The notes beneath the pieces were generated by a model, which was not told the DNA's origin, made no database searches, and saw only the letters and a list, made by a program, of their open reading frames with translations. DNA of 64,000 nucleotides from an uncultured bacterium (GTDB taxonomy: Bacteria; Bacillota; Clostridia; Lachnospirales; Lachnospiraceae), in contig CALZQA010000004.1 in the NCBI GenBank assembly GCA_945828315.1, forward strand, positions 1,582-65,581. The letters are read 5' to 3'. Positions 1-10,117 of this stretch are shown here, in pieces. The stretch's first letter is position 1. Every line of letters starts with the position of its first letter. A program made the position numbers and the translations under genes.

Positions 1-41
1 GTTTTTGTCCGGTGATGACGGCGAAATCTGAACTTCTTGCT

Positions 42-80
42 AAAAAAGGTGTGACCCGTGAAACGGATCACACCTTTTTG
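42..80. terminator. bidirectional rho-independent terminator
   Basis: A-run, then GGTGTGACCCG / CGGATCACACC (11-bp stem with one mismatch, 5-nt loop), then T-run. It lies just past the stop of the 104..2608 gene. Confidence 0.7.
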
Positions 81-103
81 ATTACTCTCTTTTCAAATAA
101 CAA

Positions 104-2608
104 TTAAATATTGGTCAAGGTCTTTTGCACATAGATCGTATAGGTTACCGTAACTTCCTGACCTCCGGCGATCTTGAAAGTGCTGACAACCGTCACCGAA
201 CGGATATTGACCTGATCTCCTGCCTTTAATGCCACCTTAGAGCCGGGCTGCGTCTCTCCGGTCACCACACACTCTGTGATCGTTCCGGTTTCCGGTGTCA
301 GACAGTTCTGCGCCAGTTCCAGCGCAGTTGCACAGCTCTTGTTCGCTTTGATACGGTCGATGCGCACCTCCGGCTCATCCTGTGTATCTGTCAAAGTCAG
401 TGTCGTTGCCAACGTCATGTAACCCTTATCTGCAGATGAATAGTACTGCAGCGAGATCGTGTAGGTACCGGTTTCCGCTTTGCGACAGATGCCGTTCGTA
501 ATATCCAATGTCTTTAAGGACAGGCTGCTGGATGCGCCGATCGTCTGTTTTGCCAGCGTTCCGCCTACTGTCAGATCACTTCCGTAATAGTAACCTTCTT
601 TTGTGATCGTTGCAGACGTAAAACTCATATAATTCATAAATACGCCGCCGCGGTATTTCGCCAGACGGACATTCGCAAACTGACTGGACGAAATGTCCGT
701 ATTCAGCGACAGGTCTGCCTTGTTCTTATCGATCTCTATCTCGTAGGTCTCTGTTCCCGTTGACGGCACAGTTGCAACTACAACATTGAACGCCGCAGAT
801 GCCTTTTTCCCATCTGCAGTCACTGTGAGTGTATATGAATATGTTCCCGGAACTGCAGCTGATGCCTTTACGATAATACGGTCTGAAGCAGTATCATATG
901 TCACAAGATTCTGCTTGTATGTATTGTTATCCGTGAAGGCAGCTGTCTCACTTGCCAGCGGATAGTTCTCTCCATACTGGTCAAAGGCGGTCACCGCGAT
1001 ATACCGGCAATATTCTGTGTTGTATACATTCGATATCTTTACACTGTCTGTGCTCAGCCGGACCGTCTTCAGATAAGGTGCCTCCGCGATCGTCACATCA
1101 TAACTGTAAACATATTCTTCTCCGGCATAAACCGCCGTAACAATAACCTTCACGATTCCGCTCTTGATCGGTGTCACCTGTCCCGACGCTGTAATGATCA
1201 TCGTATCGGGATCTGATGATTCATATTTTACCGAGGTGTATGCGATCTCGCTCTTATCCGTATCCAGCGCGCGGAAATGTGCATAATACTTACTTCCGAT
1301 GGATACTTTGCGATTATCCTTATAGCTGCTTGCCGTATAATCCGGTGCCGTTGTGGTTTTTGTGAGGGTGAAATTAGTCTCATTTGATATTTCCGCCGCC
1401 ACACACATAACGACTGCCGTGCTCTCCAGCTTCAGGTTGCCATTTGCCTGATTGACGTAGGACGCTGTAACAGTCGCCGTCTTACCAACCTCCGTCATAT
1501 ACAGCTTATTTCCGTCTTTGACATAGCCGTTCATGACTTCTGCCTTATACTCGATCGTTCCGGCATATACTTCCGTGACATCAATACCCTTCTGATCATA
1601 GAGCACGCACTCTAAAGGCGTTTCCTTTCCAACTGTCGCTTTCTGGGTAAGGATCTTCAATTCAACCGGGGTGCCTACACTGGCGACGAATGAGAGCTCG
1701 TCATCTTCATCGCTGACTGTATATGTCGTGCCATCTTTCAAGTATGAATGCAGCGTAAGCGTCACTTTCTTTCCTTCTTCCGAAAATGCCATGCTCTTGA
1801 CCACAACGCTGGAGCCAACCGTATTTTTCACGGTAAAGTCACCCACTTCGCGCAACTGGCGCATATCGCCGGAATAAGTAAGCTCGATCTTATTTGCTGC
1901 CGTCTGCTTTACAGACTCCATGTAATCTTCAACTACCAGGGTCTTTGATGCTGACTTGACAGCCTTTGTGCCGATCATTGCAGACATTTTGATCGTATAA
2001 ACACCTGCCTTCATCGGTTTGAACACACCGGTGCTGCTCATATAGGAAGAATAATCGACACCATTTGCGTCCGTTACTGACCACTGAGCCCTGTAGGTTG
2101 CGTTTACCGGTGTCACTGTGTAGCTGAGATCATAACTTTCCCCCACACGAAGGTCGCCATCTTCCTCTTCCGTTGTGACCAGCGTTACCTTTGTGGGCTT
2201 GATCATAAGCTTGGCAGAAGTCTTCACCGTATACTGCAGCTTGCCCGCTGTAGAATAAACCTTTGCAGTCAGCGTTACCTTCTTGTTTTTCGCTGCCGTC
2301 TTTCCTCCGGTCTTCACGGTAACGGTATTTGACATCGTACTCTTTGTGGCTTTGATACTGGCTTTGCTCACTTTGACATAGGACTTGCCAGCCCCGGTCA
2401 CACTCCATTTTACGATCTGTCCTTTTTTCAGATTTTTCAGCGTATAGGTATACTTCCCTTTGCTTGTTCCGTTCTCGTACAGACCGGAATACGTTTTCTG
2501 AAACTTTGGTACTGCTGTCGCTGCCTTAGCCGGGATTGCCGGTAAAGCCGTGATCATAAGCGCGATCAAACACAATGCAGCCAACAGCTTCTTTGCTTTC
2601 TGATACAT
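104..2608 (-). CDS. large secreted Ig-like (Big_2-type) repeat surface protein
   Basis: The ORF runs 104..2656. I moved the start to ATG 2606-2608 (MYQKAKKLL) because GGAGG lies 8 nt upstream. Signal peptide ends ...LPAIPAKA/ATAV. The body is T/S/V/K-rich beta-type sequence with Big_2-like stretches (e.g. WSVTDANGVDYSSYMSSTGVFKPMKAGVYTIKM). No LPXTG, SLH or choline-binding anchor noticed. Confidence 0.75.
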   Translation of the reverse strand: MYQKAKKLLAALCLIALMITALPAIPAKAATAVPKFQKTYSGLYENGTSKGKYTYTLKNLKKGQIVKWSVTGAGKSYVKVSKASIKATKSTMSNTVTVKTGGKTAAKNKKVTLTAKVYSTAGKLQYTVKTSAKLMIKPTKVTLVTTEEEDGDLRVGESYDLSYTVTPVNATYRAQWSVTDANGVDYSSYMSSTGVFKPMKAGVYTIKMSAMIGTKAVKSASKTLVVEDYMESVKQTAANKIELTYSGDMRQLREVGDFTVKNTVGSSVVVKSMAFSEEGKKVTLTLHSYLKDGTTYTVSDEDDELSFVASVGTPVELKILTQKATVGKETPLECVLYDQKGIDVTEVYAGTIEYKAEVMNGYVKDGNKLYMTEVGKTATVTASYVNQANGNLKLESTAVVMCVAAEISNETNFTLTKTTTAPDYTASSYKDNRKVSIGSKYYAHFRALDTDKSEIAYTSVKYESSDPDTMIITASGQVTPIKSGIVKVIVTAVYAGEEYVYSYDVTIAEAPYLKTVRLSTDSVKISNVYNTEYCRYIAVTAFDQYGENYPLASETAAFTDNNTYKQNLVTYDTASDRIIVKASAAVPGTYSYTLTVTADGKKASAAFNVVVATVPSTGTETYEIEIDKNKADLSLNTDISSSQFANVRLAKYRGGVFMNYMSFTSATITKEGYYYGSDLTVGGTLAKQTIGASSSLSLKTLDITNGICRKAETGTYTISLQYYSSADKGYMTLATTLTLTDTQDEPEVRIDRIKANKSCATALELAQNCLTPETGTITECVVTGETQPGSKVALKAGDQVNIRSVTVVSTFKIAGGQEVTVTYTIYVQKTLTNI

Positions 2609-2693
2609 TGTTTGTTCCTCCTTCTTGAAAATGATTCGCTCTTTTTTGTGTCTCATCTCCTATCTGGGACACTATATATTGTATTCTATCACA

Positions 2694-2722
2694 CATCAAA
2701 GGGCAACCGCAAGGGCTGCCCT
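2694..2722 (-). terminator. rho-independent terminator after the DUF4349 gene
   Basis: Minus strand reads AGGGCAGCC-CTTGC-GGTTGCCCT (9-bp stem, one mismatch) followed by TTTGATG. The T-tract is weak. Confidence 0.5.
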
Positions 2723-2740
2723 CTGATATTTGCCATGAAT

Positions 2741-3760
2741 TTACAGATGTTTTGTATCTGACTCTTTTTCTCCGTCTCTATTTGCTTCCAGACGCGCGGT
2801 CTCTCTGCGCACCTCACGTTTTGCACGGATCCGCAGGATCTTTCGCACGATCAGAACGATAATTACAATGATCAATGCCCAGACCAGAAGGAACGGCAGG
2901 TTCACGATGAACCAGATAGAGAAGCCGCGAAGTCCCTGACCGATATCATAAAACGTGTCAGAAAGTCCCTGACTGATCTCCTGTCCATAGGTCAACTCTG
3001 TCGCCACACTGGTCTCACGCTCCACCTCGTTGATATCCAGATACAGGGTAGAGTAATTGATACGGTTATCGTACACGCGAAGCTGTGACTCATAAGATTC
3101 CAGCTCATAGCGGATATTTGTGAGCTGGTTCTGGATCGTGATGATGTCCTCCAGCTTTGTCGCACGCTCTAAAATACCCATCAACGTCTCCTGCTCGGTC
3201 TTCAATGCCTTAATGTGGCTCTGCATATCTACGTAGCTCAACGTCACCTCTTCGGTTGAGCTGCTGGAGTAGGTCACATTCGAGTTTTCCTTTACCATGT
3301 TCAAAAACTCATGCATCTTGTCAGCCGGAATACGAATGACCATATTGGCATATCTGCGGATGCTCATCTCGGGATTGCCGTTTGTCTCGGAGCTCTCCAG
3401 ATAGCCGCCATACTCATTGATGCGCGCTTGCACAGTCTGCATGAACTTGTCAAACTGTTTTGTTTCCACCGAATAATTGTATGTGTAAATGATCTTTTCG
3501 TTTGACTGAACAGTTTCTGTTTCGGCTCCGCCTGCTGCTGCATCTGTCATTCCGCTGTCCATCTCAGCCTCAGCATCATCCCATGCTTCCTCTTCCACAG
3601 CCTCCTCCGTCACCGTAAATTCTTCGACGGGAGCCTCTTGCGGCGCTGCCGTATCTGCCGCTGCGGACCCACTAAATCCCTTGCTTCCTGAAGCGCCACA
3701 GCCGCTTAACGTAAATACCATCATCATTGCCAATAATGTCACACACAATTTCTTTTTCAT
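2741..3760 (-). CDS. DUF4349-like lipoprotein with C-terminal membrane anchor
   Basis: AGGAGG SD. Lipobox LSGC at residue 21, followed by an acidic linker. Central region YTYNYSVETKQFDKFMQTVQARINEYGGYLESSE... with a coiled-coil stretch resembles DUF4349 from memory. C-terminal TM segment WFIVNLPFLLVWALIIVIIVLIV. Confidence 0.6.
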   Translation of the reverse strand: MKKKLCVTLLAMMMVFTLSGCGASGSKGFSGSAAADTAAPQEAPVEEFTVTEEAVEEEAWDDAEAEMDSGMTDAAAGGAETETVQSNEKIIYTYNYSVETKQFDKFMQTVQARINEYGGYLESSETNGNPEMSIRRYANMVIRIPADKMHEFLNMVKENSNVTYSSSSTEEVTLSYVDMQSHIKALKTEQETLMGILERATKLEDIITIQNQLTNIRYELESYESQLRVYDNRINYSTLYLDINEVERETSVATELTYGQEISQGLSDTFYDIGQGLRGFSIWFIVNLPFLLVWALIIVIIVLIVRKILRIRAKREVRRETARLEANRDGEKESDTKHL

Positions 3761-3778
3761 ATCCTCTTCCTCCTTTTC

Positions 3779-4615
3779 TCAACGCTCATCCAGCGTCAGC
3801 TGCAATACCTGACGATAGCTGTTGACCTGACGCACGAGACGATAGGTTCCCGCCTGTGTCATGTGCAGTTCGTCAAGGGCGTACCATTCATCCCAACTCG
3901 TCGCTGCCGAATAGTTATCCCTTGAACGTTTGGTGCGATACACACACTTCCACTCATCCGGGCTCTGCTCATAATAGACTTCAAACACACCGCTCACATA
4001 AAGGGATTGTCCGGGTGCTGCTTCGGTACTGTGCGAAGGGTTGACAACATCAGAGGTCAGCCCGATGGAACCGTCGTCATAAATCTCACTCAGATGCCAG
4101 GTCACAAGTTCATCCGCCTTTGCGCTCTCCAAAAGCAGTTCTTCCTGCCAGTCCGGTGCCATTGCCTCCTGCTCATTTTCCGCCGCACCTGTTGCCGCGT
4201 CATCATCTGTGTCCGCAGCCGATTCCTCTGCCGCATCCTCCCATGCTTCCTCTGGTGCCGCCGTGTCTGCTGACGCTGACTCCTCCGCAATACCCTCATC
4301 CGTAAAGGACTTTCCCATACGAAGAGACTGGCTCATCACGCCGACGACTGCTGCCAGTCCGATCACACATACGAGCGCTGCCGCCAGACCGCTATAGCGT
4401 TTTGCCGCTGCACCCAGCCTGCGGAAATCTACGATCTTCCTTCCGCCGCCATCTTTTACGTCTGCCTTCAGCCGCTTCATCTTTCTTACAAACTTTTTGG
4501 AAAAGCGGTGTTGCTGTTCCAACTGCTCCCTCGGGGGAACGTCTGCCAGATCCCGGTCCATCGCATCTGCCAGTGCTTCTGCCAATAGCCGTTCACCACT
4601 AACTTTCAGACTCAT
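3779..4615 (-). CDS. putative membrane anti-sigma factor (non-zinc type)
   Basis: The start ATG overlaps the sigma-factor stop (ATGA at 4612-4615). Short cytoplasmic N-terminus, one TM segment (LAAALVCVIGLAAVVGVM), an acidic linker and an extracytoplasmic C-domain. No zf-HC2 Cys/His motif. The call rests on position and topology only. Confidence 0.45.
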   Translation of the reverse strand: MSLKVSGERLLAEALADAMDRDLADVPPREQLEQQHRFSKKFVRKMKRLKADVKDGGGRKIVDFRRLGAAAKRYSGLAAALVCVIGLAAVVGVMSQSLRMGKSFTDEGIAEESASADTAAPEEAWEDAAEESAADTDDDAATGAAENEQEAMAPDWQEELLLESAKADELVTWHLSEIYDDGSIGLTSDVVNPSHSTEAAPGQSLYVSGVFEVYYEQSPDEWKCVYRTKRSRDNYSAATSWDEWYALDELHMTQAGTYRLVRQVNSYRQVLQLTLDER

Positions 4616-5163
4616 ACGTTACCTCCCTGATCCTGTGCAAGCACTTCCTTCAATTTATTTCTCGCCCGATAGGTTCTCACGTTTACTGTTTTTTCCGTCA
4701 GCCCCAGCACGCCTGCAGTCTCTTTTTCCGACAATTCGTGCAGATACCGGCACTCCAGAACCACCCGGTAATTTTCATCCAGACTGCGGATCGCCTCCAC
4801 AAGCTGTTCATAGGATTCTGTCTGCAGGTATGTATCCAGAATGTCGTTTCTGTCCGGTTCATCCCCCAGCGCATCCTCATACTCCGTGAACTCTGCACGT
4901 TTTTCCCTGCGCAGTAGATCGATGGCCCTACTCTTTGCGATCGTCACCAGAAACCGCTTTGTGCGCGGACTATCTACCTCCTCCACCTGATCGAGATGCC
5001 TCGTCAGCGCCAGAAACGCCTCCTGTACGGCATCCTCCGCCAGATCCTTGTCCTTTAAGATATCTTTTGCCACATACCACATCAGATAGCGATACTTCTC
5101 GTAGAGAAGCGTGAATTTGCTCTGCTCCTCCACTGTATCCAGCATTGCTAAAAATAATAACAT
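4612..5163 (-). CDS. sigma-70 family (ECF-like) RNA polymerase sigma factor
   Basis: Start set at ATG 5161-5163 (MLLFLAMLDT), with GGAG about 9 nt upstream. Region 2-like DLAEDAVQEAFLALTRHL. Region 4 HTH LSEKETAGVLGLTEKTVNVRTYRARNKLKEVL. Confidence 0.8.
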   Translation of the reverse strand: MLLFLAMLDTVEEQSKFTLLYEKYRYLMWYVAKDILKDKDLAEDAVQEAFLALTRHLDQVEEVDSPRTKRFLVTIAKSRAIDLLRREKRAEFTEYEDALGDEPDRNDILDTYLQTESYEQLVEAIRSLDENYRVVLECRYLHELSEKETAGVLGLTEKTVNVRTYRARNKLKEVLAQDQGGNV

Positions 5164-5296
5164 TTGTTTTCTCCCCTGCGCGCCCACCGTGGTCGTCACC
5201 ACAGCTCTTTTGAGGTACTTACATTAAACCTAACGTAGGTGATGAATAAAATACTACACCCAAAATAAAATTTTAGGCATATATTTCTCCTTTTTC

Positions 5297-6499
5297 TTAT
5301 CGTATCAATTTAAAAAGATTCCGGTCCTTGATAAAATTGCTCATCTCATAGCACACAAGTACCTCATCCCAGCCTTCAGCAGCAAGTTCAGGTACAGATT
5401 CGTTGTAATAACGCAGATCGATCATAGTGATCTGCTCATAGTGATCCAGTAAATAGGGCACCATGCTGTTGGCATAGGAGTCCTTGATGATCAGAAGCGA
5501 TCCTTTTCCTTCCGCTTCCGGATTTTTAATGGTGATCTTCCCATAATTGCCACCAAAATAGACCGCGTACTTGTCTTTCATTTCCAGCTTGGTGAGGTCA
5601 TAAATGCCGGCAAGCGTTGGCATCGCCTTCTCACCGTCCGCACTGAGCGCATCCGCAGGTGCGCTGTCTGACTCGATCACAAGGTTTTCCGGCAGCGTCT
5701 GCGGCAGTTCCAATTCATCTGCGCGCACTCCGGGCAATCCTGCCACTTTGGAATAAAGGGTTCCGTAAAAAGAATCACTCACAGTCTGAACGTCAAATCG
5801 CTCTTGCTCCGCGATCTGAGTGTCCTGCGTTTTGAGGTAAGTCGCTGCGCCTACATAAGCTCCGTTGGTCGTCCAATGGTGGTCGGTGTGAAAGTAAATA
5901 TCATCAAAATTGTTCCTGTCTGCGCGCTCCAGCGCGTCCTTCGTCTGTATCCAGCGCACACTGTCCGCCTCGCAAAGCTGCTCGCCCAACGTCTCATAGG
6001 GTTCCGGATCATAGAGTACTGCCCGGGTCGGCAATTCTTCCGTCATCACCGTTCCGGGCGAAGGAATGAGCATCACGGATACATCCGCGTCTGTAATTGT
6101 CTTCAGTGCTGTCACATAGCCCAGATTTGTCCGGTAATTTTTCTCGGAAAGATCACTGTTCAAAACTTTATCAAACAGATAGCGGTCTTTTCCCACATAC
6201 ACGCCGTTGATCTCTCGATGGTAGAGCAGATACTGGCTCGTCGTCGCAGTCTGCATCCATTGATCCCGCGCCGGGAACTGGTCGCTGGCGGCCTCCGTCA
6301 GATCCCGCTGCACCTCACCGGAAAAGATGCCCCAGGCAGAGATGCGGGGCAGCTTCGTCAGATAGCGGTTTTCCGCTTCCGAATAGGACTGCTGCGGCAG
6401 TACAAAGATCGCTGCACCGCCCACCGCCAGTGCGCCGATCACCAGTAGCACATACAGCCATTCAATATGCTTTTTCTCAAATTTAACCTCTTTTTTCAT
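5297..6499 (-). CDS. DHHW family protein (AlgX/AlgJ-like, SGNH-type acyl-transfer partner of MBOAT)
   Basis: Start at MKKEVKF with GGAGG 7 nt upstream. One N-terminal TM segment. Literal family motif FHTDHHWTTNGAY. Lies immediately downstream of an MBOAT gene. Confidence 0.7.
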   Translation of the reverse strand: MKKEVKFEKKHIEWLYVLLVIGALAVGGAAIFVLPQQSYSEAENRYLTKLPRISAWGIFSGEVQRDLTEAASDQFPARDQWMQTATTSQYLLYHREINGVYVGKDRYLFDKVLNSDLSEKNYRTNLGYVTALKTITDADVSVMLIPSPGTVMTEELPTRAVLYDPEPYETLGEQLCEADSVRWIQTKDALERADRNNFDDIYFHTDHHWTTNGAYVGAATYLKTQDTQIAEQERFDVQTVSDSFYGTLYSKVAGLPGVRADELELPQTLPENLVIESDSAPADALSADGEKAMPTLAGIYDLTKLEMKDKYAVYFGGNYGKITIKNPEAEGKGSLLIIKDSYANSMVPYLLDHYEQITMIDLRYYNESVPELAAEGWDEVLVCYEMSNFIKDRNLFKLIR

Positions 6500-6582
6500 G
6501 CAAGACCTCCATGAATTGCTATCCACCACATTTTATCCCAAGTCACAGGATTGATCATTTTGTCCCGCCCGAGGGCGTGCGC

Positions 6583-7989
6583 CTAGAAGCGAAAGTACAG
6601 GAAGGGATTATAGCTGCCGCTCACCAGAAACGCCAGCGACAGCGCAAGCAGCACACCGGTGTACACCATGAGAAGCGGCGACCGCTGTTCCTCGCGCGTC
6701 AACTGCTTTGCGATCCGCACCGGGATCGTCGTCGCAGCGATCAGCAGGATCACCAGAAACAGAGCCTGCACATCCCACTCGTAGAGTGCCAGCGCATTTC
6801 CGGCCGGCACACCAATACCAAACATTGCCTTCAGATAACTGCCCAGCAGTCCCAGGTCATCACAGGCAAAGATCACCCAGCCCACAACCACGAAAAACAG
6901 TGTGTACAGGTGTTGGATCACGGAGGGAAGCCGCTCCAGCACAGGGCGAAGAACAAATTTCTCCAGCACCAGAAGCACAAAATAATACAGTCCCCACAGG
7001 ATAAAATTCCATCCGGCGCCATGCCACAGCCCGGTCAAAAACCATACAATAAGCAGATTTATGATCTGCCTGGCCACCCCTTTTCGGTTTCCGCCCAGGG
7101 GAATATACAGATACTCGCGGAACCATGTGCTGAGCGTGATATGCCAGCGCCGCCAGAATTCCGTGATGCTCTTTGACTCATAGGGATGATCAAAATTTTC
7201 AGGAAAATGAAAACCAAACATCTCTCCCAAACCGATCGCCATATCCGAATATCCGGAAAAATCAAAGTAGATCTGGAAGGTGAATGCCACTGCTCCCAAC
7301 CATGCCAGCGCTGTGCTCATGTCCGCACTTCCGAGCCCTTTGATATAGTCCCACAGCGCGCCGATCTGGTTTGCCAAAAGCACCTTTTTTGCCAGACCGA
7401 TCAGAAACCGCTGCAGGCCGTGTACAGCGCCGGAAATCGTTGTCTTTCGCCCGTCCACCTCTTTTTGTACTTCTTTATAACGCACGATTGGTCCCGCAAT
7501 GAGCTGCGGAAACAGACACACATACATGCCAAAGGAGATGATGTTGTGCTGCGCCGGAGTCTCTCCCCGGTACACATCGATGGTGTAGGACATCGTCTGG
7601 AACGTGTAAAAAGAAATACCGATGGGCAATGCCAGCTGCAGGAGCCCGAACTGTGTACCTGCCAGCCGGTTCACTGTCTCCAATGCAAAATCCGTATATT
7701 TAAAAAAACATAAGATTCCCAGATTCCCTGCAACCGACAGCACAAGCACCGCGCGTCCCATCGTATCATGTTTTCCCTTCGCCATCGCATATTCGATCGC
7801 CCGTCCGTTACAATAATCAAAAACAGTTGAAAAAAGCATGATGAGAATATAGCGCGGTTCTCCCCATGCATAGAAAAAAAGACTTGCCAGAAGCAGCCAC
7901 AGGTTTCGTGACTGCTTCGGCAATACAAAATATACGATCAATACAATCGGCAAAAAGACACACAGAAAGATCATACTGCTGAATACCAT
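6583..7989 (-). CDS. MBOAT family O-acyltransferase (AlgI/DltB/PatA-like)
   Basis: 468-aa polytopic membrane protein. Typical MBOAT stretches FWRRWHITLSTWFREYLYIPLGGNR and TGLWHGAGWNFILWG, which contains the conserved His. Confidence 0.85.
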   Translation of the reverse strand: MVFSSMIFLCVFLPIVLIVYFVLPKQSRNLWLLLASLFFYAWGEPRYILIMLFSTVFDYCNGRAIEYAMAKGKHDTMGRAVLVLSVAGNLGILCFFKYTDFALETVNRLAGTQFGLLQLALPIGISFYTFQTMSYTIDVYRGETPAQHNIISFGMYVCLFPQLIAGPIVRYKEVQKEVDGRKTTISGAVHGLQRFLIGLAKKVLLANQIGALWDYIKGLGSADMSTALAWLGAVAFTFQIYFDFSGYSDMAIGLGEMFGFHFPENFDHPYESKSITEFWRRWHITLSTWFREYLYIPLGGNRKGVARQIINLLIVWFLTGLWHGAGWNFILWGLYYFVLLVLEKFVLRPVLERLPSVIQHLYTLFFVVVGWVIFACDDLGLLGSYLKAMFGIGVPAGNALALYEWDVQALFLVILLIAATTIPVRIAKQLTREEQRSPLLMVYTGVLLALSLAFLVSGSYNPFLYFRF

Positions 7990-8010
7990 TGTCTCTACCT
8001 CGTTTTTACT

Positions 8011-8514
8011 CTACTCTTCCTCAAATGCTTTTTGGACAAGACCGCTCTTCTCCGAAATGATCATCGCCACAAGATTTCCCTTTTGCTTAATGACCGCATG
8101 GTCGACGAGCGGCAGTTGATCCGGTGCATAAGCGGTCAACGCTCCACGGCGTTCCTCCAAATGTGTCTGCAGCGTGTTCATAAGCGCTGCCGCATCCCCG
8201 GCATCCCTTAGCTGCACCACAGCGATCTCTTGTGAACCGCCGTCTGACGCATATGCATAAAAATAACTCTGCACCCGGTCATATTCAAAATCGGAAAGTG
8301 CGCTGAAATTCAGCTCCGCCTGTTCCTCATCACTTGTTACCACTTTCATTTCCGGCAGTGTCGTATCCGCTGCAAGCATCGATTCCTGCAAGGTCTGCAT
8401 ATCTACGGCAGGTTCGTTTCCCTGCGCCGGTTTTTCACCGCCGCAGCCGACAGTTCCGACTGTCAGCAGCAACACGCATACAAGCGCCGTAAATTTGCGA
8501 TATATCTGTTTCAT
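8011..8514 (-). CDS. DUF4358-like lipoprotein
   Basis: Lipobox TVGC. About 165 aa. The start codon directly abuts the stop of the upstream gene (8514/8515). Family assignment is from memory of DUF4358 lipoproteins that accompany DHHW/MBOAT pairs. Confidence 0.5.
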   Translation of the reverse strand: MKQIYRKFTALVCVLLLTVGTVGCGGEKPAQGNEPAVDMQTLQESMLAADTTLPEMKVVTSDEEQAELNFSALSDFEYDRVQSYFYAYASDGGSQEIAVVQLRDAGDAAALMNTLQTHLEERRGALTAYAPDQLPLVDHAVIKQKGNLVAMIISEKSGLVQKAFEEE

Positions 8515-9924
8515 TTACTCTTCCCCTTTTTCTTCTGTTTCTTTCGTCTCGCTATTCATCGCCTCGTTGACCGTTTTCTCCATCGCATCTGCTTCTGTCG
8601 CGGTAAAGGTTGCCGCCGGTCCATCCGCGCCACCGATGATCTCCTGCTCCATTGGAACATCAGCTGTCTTCTCAGATGCAGTTCCCTCCTCCATAGGCAT
8701 CGGCTCCGCTACGGAACCTCCCTCGTTCGGATCCATCACCTGGCTGCCAAACAACTCGTTGATCTTGTTTGTCATCTGAGTCACCTTCTCAGGCACTGCA
8801 TCTCCAAGTGCGGAACCGGACTCAGAATAATTATTGATATAGATCGCCAGCACATACTTATCCTCCCCGTCAGGGATCCATGCAGCACTCAGATCTCTTG
8901 AATCTGCACCTGGCAAAGAGTACATCGCCTGCTGCATCAGACTCATCATCTGATCCGCCAGCGCCAGTTCCTGATCAGAAAGCATCTTCGGAAACTTAAA
9001 GTAAAGGCTGCTGCTCTTTTGATTAAATGCTTCCCGCACCTTGGCCGGAACCTCGAACAGATCCTTGACTGCCACCGCATTCTGGACTGCGTAGGAATAC
9101 TTCGTACCCTTTGCCTCCGGCAGAGAAGATCCATCCCACTCATGGCCATTTCTCGCCATCTCATCCGTCATATTAAAGTTGCGGTATTTTGCCCCGTTCA
9201 CATCCGAATAGATATCCAACTGATACCACTCGCCATCATCAAGCTTTACCATATCCCAGGAATGATAATCATTATGTACGATATGTACGTCCAGTCCGAC
9301 CATGTTGGCCAGCAGACGGAAGGTTGTCGCGTATCCGACACATACCGCGCTATGGCTCTTCAACACCTCATAAGGAGTAAATGCCTGCGAATTCTGCCCG
9401 GGCATGGTGATCGTATGTCCGCTGCCCTGACCGATATTCTCTACCATCCAGTCGTAGATTGCCAGCTCCTTCTCATAGTCACTCATTCCATCCTTGATGA
9501 TCTGATCCAGCACAGCCTTCGCCATGTCATAAGTCTCTTTATCCTCACCTTCCAGACCGGAGGGGTCATCTTTTAAATAGGCATCGGAGATGTTGGTCGT
9601 ACTGCGGATCTCATACTGATCCATGACCTTAAAGCCATCCTCCTGATAGGTACTCTCCTGTTCGGCTTCCTTAGCCTGCCTTGCGCGCTCATCATCAATG
9701 AACTGACTCACCTTCGCGTTCTGCGTGTTCATCTGATCCATGAGCATCACATTCATGCCGACCGAAGTGCCGACACCGCCAACAAGCAGCACCGCCGCCA
9801 CGCAGGCGATCACATGCCCAGCTCGTTTCGCACGTTTTTTGGCGTCTTTCGGTTGCCTTTGTGCCTTCTCTTTTACCGACTGCTCCATCATTTCTGTTAC
9901 TACTTTCTTCTTCTCTTCACTCAT
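8515..9924 (-). CDS. membrane-anchored transglutaminase-like (papain-fold Cys-His-Asp) protein
   Basis: GAGGG SD. Basic cytoplasmic N-terminus followed by one TM segment. Core sequence SAVCVGYATTFRLLANMVGLDVHIVHNDYHSWDMVKLDDGEWYQLDIYSD. Acidic C-terminal tail. Confidence 0.7.
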   Translation of the reverse strand: MSEEKKKVVTEMMEQSVKEKAQRQPKDAKKRAKRAGHVIACVAAVLLVGGVGTSVGMNVMLMDQMNTQNAKVSQFIDDERARQAKEAEQESTYQEDGFKVMDQYEIRSTTNISDAYLKDDPSGLEGEDKETYDMAKAVLDQIIKDGMSDYEKELAIYDWMVENIGQGSGHTITMPGQNSQAFTPYEVLKSHSAVCVGYATTFRLLANMVGLDVHIVHNDYHSWDMVKLDDGEWYQLDIYSDVNGAKYRNFNMTDEMARNGHEWDGSSLPEAKGTKYSYAVQNAVAVKDLFEVPAKVREAFNQKSSSLYFKFPKMLSDQELALADQMMSLMQQAMYSLPGADSRDLSAAWIPDGEDKYVLAIYINNYSESGSALGDAVPEKVTQMTNKINELFGSQVMDPNEGGSVAEPMPMEEGTASEKTADVPMEQEIIGGADGPAATFTATEADAMEKTVNEAMNSETKETEEKGEE

Positions 9925-10117
9925 ATTTTCCCTCTTTTCCCCTTACGGTAAGTGTCTTTTCAACCGCTTCTCTCCGGATGTCTTTGTCTGTACAGACACT
10001 GGATTCTGGATTTGGTTAAAAATATTTCCAAACAAATCCTTTCCCTGTACATATATCATAACGAATCAAGAAGCTAAAATAACTACACTTTCAAAAAAAA
10101 CTTCAAAAAAATTCATG